Shown: one piece after another, positions 15,881 to 25,740 of the stretch
Layout: the number at the start of each line of letters is the position of its first letter
Numbering within the stretch: the first letter of the stretch is position 1
Origin: the human T2T-CHM13v2.0 reference genome, Homo sapiens
NCBI RefSeq assembly: GCF_009914755.1
Contig: NC_060927.1
Length of the DNA stretch: 64,000 nt
Strand: one strand, 5' to 3'
Program-made: the position numbers and the translations under genes
The notes under the pieces: generated by a model
What the model saw: the letters and a program-made list of their open reading frames with translations, nothing else
Database searches by the model: none
Told to the model about the DNA's origin: nothing

Positions 15881-16771
15881 CTTCTGGCACAAAAGTAGAG
15901 CCCCTCAACAGCCAAGCTAAGGAATTTGAGATTCAGCATCAGGTATAAAGATTGAGAATGAGGTGATAACTCATTGATAATGCTTATATGCATGGTTCAT
16001 CACTACTCAGAATCTTCCTCTAAAAGAATTGCATTATCCGATGATATTCCCAACAATATTCACTGATAGTGATATGTATTCACTGACAAGTCCCATGACT
16101 ACAGTATTGAGTTAGATATTATAAAGTGCTCAGTCAAATCTTTATCAGGAGAGTCCATTGTGTTGACATTCCATCACCACAATTTTTAATCCTAAAGACT
16201 TAATTTTACCTGTTATTCACCTAACACTTCTGCTAGAAATACAACTCATGATAATAAACAGAGCAAAGTATGTTTATTTTCACATGTTACCCGAACATAT
16301 ATGACCTTCCTACATGGAAAGCCACTCTGCTCAAATAAGACGTTCATCCCTTAAAAACTTATTTCTCCATCCTAGGTTCAGGTCTTAAAAATCAGTTGGG
16401 TTCCTCAGTTACAGATGTACAGGACATTACATCTGGACTCTCCTAGGAGGGCAGGGGTGAACTCTTCCTCTGAATATCCACAGTAGCCAAATGACTCCTT
16501 CTCCCACTGTGGAAAACCACAGATGACTGTCTCCTAATGATTTACTGCCCAACCCCCAGCCCACAAATCAAAGAATTGGGTTTAGTGAGAAATAAGAAAG
16601 AATGGTGGCCAGTGGATACAAGAAGGGGAGGGAATGCTTCAGTTTATTTTCTTAAGCCAATTAATGATGAAACGGCATGGAGGGAAAGAAAGACACAACA
16701 TAGTTGTAAAAGACTATTTTTCCAGATAAATGGCCAGATATCAGATTCTGTAATAAGTACTTCCACCTATC

Positions 16772-16774
<3 letters not shown>

Positions 16775-16803
<29 letters not shown>
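16775..16803 (+). repeat. (CA)n microsatellite
   Basis: Read directly from the sequence. Confidence 0.95.
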
Positions 16804-16806
<3 letters not shown>

Positions 16807-16959
16807 TAACTTGAGGTGGGGAAGAAGATATAGATCTTAAAAACACAAGGTAATATTCAAAAACCATTCTGGATATCACCATAAAATGAAACTTTGAAGC
16901 ACCCTTGGAAATCAATGAATCTGGACATTGCAAACCCTACAAACTATATATTGCAGGCA

Positions 16960-17310
16960 GAGGTGTTTGGTTGGGCCTGCAGAATTTTTTAAAATTGAAT
17001 CAACATTTCATAAAGTAGAGAAAACTTACATAAAAACCCAGATTTGTGGCTTCTCTTAAAAAGTGGAAGACCTGGCGGCCCTGAACCCCCTTGCCCAAAT
17101 GGTAACAGTGAGCAGGAGCTGAGAAGAAGCTGCCACCTTTAGAGGAGTCTTGAACTGCCAGTTTCCCACCATCCCCGCCACTCCCTCTTGTTCTGAAATA
17201 CAAAGGCTGGGTGTCAAAAAATTAAATAAAAATAGGAGAGAGCTTAAGGCTTATACCCACCTTGCTTCACTCATTTATGGTACCTGCAAATTTACAGGCT
17301 CTGCTCTAGT
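16960..17310. mobile_element. MER102-like hAT relic
   Basis: ACATAAAAACCCAGATTTGTGGCTTCTCTTAAAAAGTGGAAGACCTGGC...GGAGCTGAG..G.AGCTGCC.CCTTTAGA. Confidence 0.65.
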
Positions 17311-20300
17311 CTAATCCATTCATTTAAAGAGGAGCAACCCAGCTGCAGTAGTAAAGTGACTTACAAACTCAATCCACTAAAAGTCAAATTTTCATTCAGG
17401 AGGGATTATTGCCTAATGATAACTAGAGAGTATGCAAAACTAAATTAGGGCTGTGTGGCTATACAATGCCAAAATCTGTGGGGAAAAGTTGAAATCTCAA
17501 TCATTTTATTTACACATCCCCCTCACCCCGACTCCAAATAAAGGGCAAAGGAAGATGCTCAAGTTTTCAGAACAAATTTACTGCCTAGTTTGGCTTGGTA
17601 TGGACAGTTTTAATGTGCCCAAATTTTAGATATGACTTCCCTTCATTCTGAGGGCATAATTTATTGAGAAGACATACAAAATGCTTACCGTAGACATGTA
17701 AATACTTTTAAAAAGGAAACTGGATAAAAACATTAAACAGGAGGGGAAAAAAAAGGATGTTTCTTCTTCAGAAAATTTAACTGATAAATTATAAGGAAAC
17801 TGAAACCCACTAAGATTTATTGAGCATGTGCCTTAGGTACTTTGCACACATTATACCAATTAACTCTCACAGCAGCCCAAGGAGGGTAGTATTATTACTC
17901 CCACTTCACAAGTAAAGATGCTAGGCCTCAGAGGCATTCAATAACTTGAAGAGGACCTGACTTTTCAATCAGGGATCATGCCCAGATTCAAACACTGATG
18001 TGCACGTTTGTAATGCTTGTGAGAGTAGGGAACATGGTTTGCCCGTGCACAGGGCCTAGCACATTGATATTTGTTGTGTAAGCCTGCCCATCGCCAAAGC
18101 ACAAAAACTGCCATGTACAAGCACTTTCATTCATAAATGTCATCATTTGAACAACCTTGACATATACAACTAATTCATTTAGGCAGGTTCTTGAACAAGG
18201 TTTAGGAAATGTTGGTTCTTTATGTTGTGTAGTTAATGACCCCTACACACATGTTTACTAACATAATAAAATCTCTTTTCTAAATAAATTTCTCCTTTAG
18301 AATTGTTATAAAAGTCAGTAGTCAAGAATTTGGCTGAATATACAAGCCAAAAGCACGTTTGCTAATGAATAAGAATAATAACTAAAATCAAAATAAGAAT
18401 TAATTCAAGAATGAGTGCTTTTGAAGAGTCAGGAATTTGATTAAAAATTCAGTTCCCTTTTTTTCCATAATGAAACAGTTCTTTAACCACAAAACAGCTT
18501 TTATAATAATGCCGAAGAGTATGGTTCCAAGCAAAACACTCCCCCATTTTAATCATGGCTATTATTTTTGAAAATGAAAATGACTGAGGTCATTGTAATC
18601 TATTTTAGGGTTTGCATGGGTTGATGGTATTTTTGTCTTGGCTTTGAGTTCTCCACATTACCCACTAAATGTTATGGGCTTTACCGTGTGCCCTTTCAAA
18701 TCCCATTCTTTCTAATAACATTGTATTTTATACACATAAATTAGAGTAAATTCCACTTTCTTTCCTAACAACTCCAGATGTGGTCCACACTTTCAAAAGG
18801 ACTAGAACTTGCCTTAAAAAAAATTCAGTATGTACTTCTTAGAACAACTATGTTTCTATATAGATAAAAATGCTGTATGGATGTTTAAATGCTGAATAAT
18901 TAGTAAAACCATAGGACTTGTGGTTTTTTCACCAAAGTGAAATATGAAGATAATATCTATATATTTACTCCTTCCAACTTACAAGGACATACACAGATAA
19001 AAAATGCCTAGAAACAAAACCATCTGGGCAGAGTTCTAGACCTACTGATACCAATAGGGAAGGGGGATCTGTATTCAGACAACCATTTAGAACACATCAG
19101 TGAGGCTCTCTGTCCCCTGTAGACCCAGTAGACAAAATTAACAAATATCTAAATACACTAAAGTTACACAGTCAAGGCTCCCTTTAGACGCAGTTAATAT
19201 TTCACTTACTTTCTGAACTTAGTTGGGGTTTTTATTAAAATTCGCTATCACGATCCCTCTAGGTAACCCCTACACAGCCACACGTGAGAGAATGGCTTCA
19301 CAATACATACAAATTGTGGAGATCTGGCTATTAAAATGCCTTGAGATCTGTTTGTTTATTTTTTTAAAATCAACTTGCAAGGCCAATGTAATAAGATGCT
19401 GTAGCTTTTATGAAAGAGGTGAAATAATTTTAAACACAGACACACAATGAGTTTATTTATTTAGAAACTTGTTAAATAGAGTCTGGGAATTCAAATATTC
19501 AATGTTGACATTGTACAGAATTGGCAAGAAGCCAGAACCCAGTCTCCAGAGGGACCCATTGGACAAGGAATTCAGGACTTTCTCTCCTCCCACTTGAGCT
19601 AAATAGGTAGAAGCCATTAGTTATACCCACAGCAATATCTGAACCACACTCAAATAAGCTGCCCCAGCCAGGGCACTTCAAAGGAGGCTAAGTGTGTTTA
19701 GCTTTTTAGTGCTGAACTAGAGCAATATGTCACACTTTTGAAAGAGTCTTGTAAACAGTTTCTTCCCTATGTAGAGACATCTCTGAAGTTTCTTGTATGG
19801 CTTGTAGTAAGCAAAGGTAATTAACAAGGATTATACTTTTTTCATTTCCTGGAGGGGCTGGGGAGGATAATACCAATCTGTGTGCAAACTAAGGATCTGG
19901 AAGAACTACACTATTTCTCCCTTCCTGTCTCCCTCTCTGGTTTTCTGATCGATTTGTCTGTCTCCTCTTTATCCTCTTCCTTACACTTGTTCTCACTATA
20001 CAGCCAATTTCCTTGAAAATTCCCTGGTAAACTCTGAAGGCCAGAAGAGTGGGAAGGGGGAAATCTAATTTTAGAAAGAAGACCGTGGCTAGTGGAGTGG
20101 GGAAGTCGGGAGGGAACTAATGATTTATCCTGCGCCGTCCAGGAGAAAAGAAAAGCAGACCCCACAGACCGTTTTAGAAAATGCCTAGACAGCGGCTTCC
20201 AGCGGAAGAAGGGTTAACCGTCACTCCAAAAAAATGTACCTGGCATCATCAGAGTGTAACTTTTCCCTCCCACCCCATCTCTTCCCCAAACTCACTCTCC

Positions 20301-20359
20301 CTTGCCCTATGAGGCTAGGAAGGAGCCTGTCCCAACAGGGAGAGTGAATGAGTGAGTGT

Positions 20360-20950
20360 GTGCCTGCCCTCCGCGCAAGAGTGCTCCTTGTCTTCCTGAA
20401 GCCAAGACGTGTGTGGGTGTGCACACGCATGTGTGGGTGTGAGTTTACACTGTCAATGTAAACCCAGCTCCGAGGGAAGCAGCGCGCCAGGCACGCAGCC
20501 CCTCTGAGACTAGAGAGGGAAAGAAGAGTTCTGGCCAAACCTTGGAGCCCTGAGCTGAGCAGCCTGAGGAGCGAGGTGTAGGGGGCCCCCTGAGTGAGAA
20601 ACTGCCTCCCACCTCACTGGGGCTTCCCCAGTCCCACCCCCACGTCCATCTTGGGCCACTTCCTCAGCACCAGACGGTTTTGAGATGAAGCGTGGGAGGG
20701 CTCAGCTCTTGGGAACAGGGCTCTGGGTGCCTTGGGAACAGGGAAAAAGCCGGTGACCAGGAGATGACAAGTCAAGGTTCTCCATCTCACCGCCCGCTTC
20801 CAGCGGAGGCAACGCGCAGGGGGGTGCCGGGAGAGAGGGGGCCGAGCCGGGCGTGCCGGGGGCAACTCCGCTCTCTTGTCCTTCTAGCCCGGGGAGGAGG
20901 GCGTCCCCCCTTCCTGCCCCAGGTCACAACTGCAGCCTCGGATAACCTGG
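20360..20950. promoter_or_regulatory. Intronic CpG-rich patch
   Basis: Local GC and CpG enrichment, for example GGGCCGAGCCGGGCGTGCCGGGGG. Confidence 0.55.
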
Positions 20951-21397
20951 CCCCAACTTACAAAAATAAAATAAACTCCCAAACAGTAACATGCTTAAAG
21001 AGAAATTGCTTACGACTCCTCACCTTCAACTCCAAAAAAAAAAAAAAAAAAAGAAAGAGAAAGAAAGAAAGAAACCAAAATTCGTGGAATGACATGTTAA
21101 TTTCTAGTCCTACATGTTGAATGTCTGTCCCTGCAGGAAGCCGGCCCCAGGGCCCAGGGGAGGCCTTGGCTCAGAAAGCCTGGGAGCTGGGCTAGCCGGC
21201 AAAAGTCACACTCACTCACATTCACACACACACTCACATGCACTCTATAGCCAAGACCTGCAACTCTGCAGTCCCTACAAATAAAAAAAGAAGCCTTGCT
21301 TTTTAGCCTTTCTGCCTCTACAGCTAATGAACCGTTCCCTTCCACAGTGCTGGAGATGAGGGAAGAATGAAAAGCGTAATTAACCTTCCCCTAAACA

Positions 21398-21401
<4 letters not shown>

Positions 21402-21436
<35 letters not shown>
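21402..21436 (+). repeat. T35 homopolymer
   Basis: Read directly from the sequence. Confidence 0.95.
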
Positions 21437-21438
<2 letters not shown>

Positions 21439-24400
21439 AAAACACATCAAAATACTGCAAGAAGACTGTGCTCCAAGTGCCAAATGCAATAAAGAAGCCC
21501 TAAGCCCGGGTAATGGTCAAGTAATAGCAAATAAACCGCCTTCCTAGAAGGGGCCTCGGCCTCCGTTGGGAGAAGGATTTTCCTCCTCAGAAGCAATCTG
21601 AAATAAACAAATAAAAGTATTTTTTAAAACAAAGCTCTGTTTTCATCTGAGTTTCTTAAGGATGAAGGAAAACCCAAGTAGGTGGGCATACAGAGAGTAA
21701 ATGCCTGAATCTGGGTGTTGTGTTTGTTGTTGTGGGGGGGTTGTTTTGTTGTGTTTATCTCAGTTACTGGGCTGACAAGGTGAGTAGTTTAAGGACGGGA
21801 GAAAGGGTCGGCATCTACCTTTCCTACTTCAGAGCCTTTTTTTAAACAGAGAGCAAGTGTAGGAGTAACAAGTGCCCCCCTTGCCGCGGTCTTGCTAATC
21901 GCATCGCCTTTTGAGACTTTACGAGACTTCTGGGGGGCCGGTAGCTAAGGGAGTTACTGGATGCAACTCGTTCTCTGCTGTGACTGAATTCCCGCGCGTT
22001 GTCACTTTGGGGAAGTAAGGTAAGGGTGGCTTCGGTATTTCAGGCTTTAGACATGCTGCGCAGACCCAACCTGCACTTCCTTTCCATCCATCAGGACCAT
22101 AGCAACTGGCATTTCTGGCACGGCCCAGGTGCTGTCCTAGCTGCCCAAGAAAACGGCTGGGAAGTCTCCCCGCGCTGCCAGAGTCGGTTTGGCTTTTGGT
22201 TTTCTTTTCTTAAAGATGGAAATAAAATTCAGGGGCGTTAGGCACTACAAATGTCAATCTTCCTGCCTTTCATTTTATTTTTAATTAAATTTTTTAACCT
22301 TCCCAAATGATTTACAACGAATTTATCGGTTTCAACTACTGTATAAAATACAAGCCTTACAAGTTGCAAACTGTGTTGTGCATTCAATCTCGGTGTAGAT
22401 TCAGTGGGTATTTTCAGGGTCCGTGGTCTCTGGTCTAGGTCCATGGGCTCCTGTACTGTAGTCAAGGCCAAATCAGGACTTAAGACCACCAAAGAAATTT
22501 ACAAAAGACAAAAAGAACAACAAGCTACCGAGAAAACAACTATTTATATGTAATTTGTTTCCATTGTAATGTTTTCTCTTGCCACAATAAAGGTAGTTTT
22601 GTTTTTTAAAGTATTGTAGTCACAACTCCCCTTCTAAACCCAGAAAAAGAAAAACTGGTGCAGAGCAGTGAAGTTTTCGTTGGATGATTGCACCGCAGGG
22701 GTCACCAACCATCTCCGCCACGCGCTACTCGGGGGAAGGAAATCGCGCTTTAAAATACAAAAATCTGTAGTTTTAATATGATTTCCTTTATTACCCAGAT
22801 TGTAACTGAAGAATTGCAACGCAGCGCTTCTGTCTGGGAAAGGCAGCTGCGGCAGCAACAGCTGGAGTAGTGCAAGCGGGAATCTGAGGCTCAGTAAAAG
22901 TTTGTAAGAGTTGAGATCTAGCTATCAGAAAGCGGCAGCGGCATCCTTAGAGACCCTGGGGACAAAATAAATGGGTCTCCCACCAGTTGAATGACAAGTA
23001 TCATCAGATCGGAAACGAGGCTCAGTTTCTGGATGCTGAGTGGACTGTGCGTGCGGGAATATTTTAAGACGGCATCGTATGTCTTGCTTGGCAATTAAAA
23101 TAGTTGAAAAAGTTGCTCAAGAAAATTCGAAGGGTTTTGTGTTCTGCTTTCACTTCAGAAGTTATCGGGCAGTGAGTTGCGGCGCGAAGCCTTAAGCTTT
23201 CACTTCACAACTTAGGCATGGTTGAAAAGGGCTACCCACCCCCACCCACCATCCCACTCCCGCCAACTCCCCCCCCCACACACACACTCTCTCTCTCTCC
23301 CAACCTTTAGTCCAAATCGAAGCCCGCAAACCTCAAGTATATGTACATTTATTTCCCTTCAGATGAAAATAAAGACATCGGCCTCATTTAAAAGCAAACA
23401 GGGAAAACAGTTCCACCGGCGCCCTTTGACACTGTAGCAGCGAGTGTAAAGAACAACACCCAAAAGAGAAACAGATGGACTGATGACCCAAAGAGCCCTA
23501 TATTTAGGTTGATTTCTCAGACCCAGGGGAAAGGAAATGTATCGGGGAGTGTACGAGTGCTTGGGTGAGGACTGCACAAAGCACTGGAAAGGCGCCTGGG
23601 ATGACAGCATCTCGCGGGGCTACACCGCCGACTCCAATGCCCGCGAAGCCGAGCCTGCTGAGGTGCCGCCGACTTCCCGGGCTGCTGCAGGGACGCAGTG
23701 AGCAAGGAGGCGTGGATACGATACCTACCGTATTTGGTTCTAATGTGCGAGGGTCGCGCGGGGGGAGACTGGGATTTCACTGGGGAGAAGCATCCCACCC
23801 ATCTCCGATCTCTCATTTCTGCGTTCCGTAAACAACACAATTAGAGAGTTTTGTTTTCGGCGAGTGCGAGTGTGGGAGAGAGAACCGCGGCCTGTCCACT
23901 CCCGAGGCAGCTCCAGCCCCGCCTATTGACACCTCAAGGAAGAGCGCTCCCAGCCGCTCCGGGGCTCAGTGTCCCTGAGTCCCCTTCAACTCGAAGTAGA
24001 AGCATTTGGACAAACGCAGTCCTGTCGTCTACAGTCCTGGCGGAGCATCACACCGTGTGGGAAAGTGTGGGCCCCGCCGGCAAAGCCAGGCGAGTCATCC
24101 AACACTTTTGCTGTAAGAGTGGGGGATGGGACTCCCACCGCCCCCTCCCCAAACCCCTTAGCCCACATCCCGCCAGACCAAGGCCGCTCCGCGCCGGGCA
24201 GGCAGGGGGCGCCGGGGAGGGTTATTGACCCTGGACCCAGGCTGCACCCAGACGAAGCGCCGGAGGCTGCGCTGCGCCCTCTCCGCGGCCCAACGCTCTG
24301 GCAGCCCGCCCCCTGGGGTTTGCTCGGCGCCCAGCAAGCCCGAGGTGCGCGGGTCGCAGCGCGCCCTCTCTGCCTCCTGCTCCTAGGCTGCCGCCGCTGG

Positions 24401-25298
24401 CTGTGTGCCCTCCACTCCCGGCTCTCCGAGCGCTCGCTGGGCCTCTTCTCTCCCCACGTCCGAGCGCTCGCTGGGCCTCTTTCCTCCCCACCTGCGCGTG
24501 GCTGTGCGGAGCCGGTAGCTCTGCTCTGCCCGTGCCCCCGCCCCCACCCCGCGATCACAGCCCCCACCTTGGTGTCCCCTACTCCCCGCCGCAGTCCTCC
24601 CGCCGCGCAGCGCCGCGCCGGAGAGCATGGCCGAGCGCACAGCGCCCACTACCGCAGCCGCGGCTCGGCGCAGTCCACCCGCCCGCCCGCGCAACTTCCA
24701 GCGGCCGCCTCGCAACTTTTCCCAAGTCCACCACAGCCGCCCGCCGCCGCCGCCACTGTGGCTCCCTCTGAGCCGCCTACCCTACCCAAACCCCAGAAAC
24801 AAACCGAGGCTCGAAAAGGCTCCCTTCTCCTGCCGGCCCCCCATCCCCCGCGCCCCCCTCCTCCCACACCCGGGACTAGCTGGTTGGCCAGAGGCAACTC
24901 TCCCCCGCCTGGGGGGAAGGGGAGGGGAGGGGGAGACTTTCTCCTCTTCTCTTCCCCCCCACCCCACCCCTTCGCGCTCACTCTCGCGCTCTCTCCTCCC
25001 TCCCACCCCTAGTCTTTGCTGCCCCCACCCCCACCCCCACCCCGGGGTTGCCACAGCTGGTCGGTGCGCGGGACTGAGGGCTGCCCAGGCTCCTCCGGCG
25101 CCCAACCCGGGAGCGAGAGCGCGGGCGACCGGGAGCAGAGACTGGAACCGGCAGGTTGCTGGGGCTGCGCTCCGCCTGCCCTCCACCCGGGGCCCCGGCG
25201 CAAGAGGCAGCCCGCGCTCCCTCCCGGAGCGCTAGAGACAGATATGCAAGATGGCAGAGGAGGGGGAAAAGCCAATAGAAAAGGGATATTGCACCTAC

Positions 25299-25335
25299 TT
25301 GTGGCCAGTTTCCTTGCCCTGCCTTTGGATCTCAT
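25299..25335 (-). CDS. MECOM: MECOM (MDS1-EVI1/PRDM3) exon 1, coding part: 12 codons plus 1 nt, MRSKGRARKLAT
   Basis: The minus strand reads CACAGC ATG AGA TCC AAA GGC AGG GCA AGG AAA CTG GCC ACA A|GTAGGT. The peptide matches the MDS1/MECOM N-terminus (PRDM16 is MRSKARARKLAK). Canonical GT donor at 25298-25293, inside a CpG island. Confidence 0.96.
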
Positions 25336-25433
25336 GCTGTGCCCAGTCCTGCAGCCGCTGGTGTGTGGTTGGGGCTTTTTTTTCTTGGATCCTTTCCTTC
25401 TTTTGCTCTCCCTCTCGCTCCCTCCCTCTCTCT

Positions 25434-25485
<52 letters not shown>

Positions 25486-25740
25486 CCTCCTGTTTCTCTC
25501 CTGTTTCTCTCTCTCTTCCACACACTCACTCTCTGTATTTTCTTCTTTCACTCTCTCTCCCTCCCTCTCTCCCTTTCTCTCAATCCACACTCGCTATCTC
25601 TCCAGCATTGTCAGTTTGGACACCTTCGCACATGCGCGCTAGACGCCCCTCCAACATCTCAGCGCCGCCAAAAAAAGTTTGGAGCGATTTATCACTTTGA
25701 TTTGGAGATCTTGTCAGATGGCAATCGCCGAGGAGGCGGA
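25336..25740 (-). other. MECOM: MECOM/MDS1 exon 1 5'UTR (GA-rich, contains uATGs); 5' end approximate
   Basis: Continuous with the ATG. The sequence TTTTTTTGGCGGCGCTGAGATG...GTGTCCAAACTGACAATGCTGG followed by GA-rich tracts matches my recollection of the MDS1 mRNA leader. The TSS cannot be fixed from sequence alone (about 25670-25740). Confidence 0.75.
25439..25480 (+). repeat. Perfect (CT)21 microsatellite, read as (AG)21 in the MECOM 5'UTR, within a roughly 200-bp pyrimidine/purine tract (25380-25580)
   Basis: Read directly from the sequence. Confidence 0.97.

Noticed and set aside
23517-25235. Many long overlapping ORFs (up to 347 aa) on both strands in the CpG island
   Set aside because: Pro/Ala/Arg/Gly-rich translations in all frames are expected from GC-rich, stop-poor sequence, and no domain is recognisable.
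25009-25298. Continuation of the 193-aa minus-strand ORF past LAT (SRCNIPF...)
   Set aside because: This is intron read-through beyond the GTAGGT donor; the known protein continues in exon 2.
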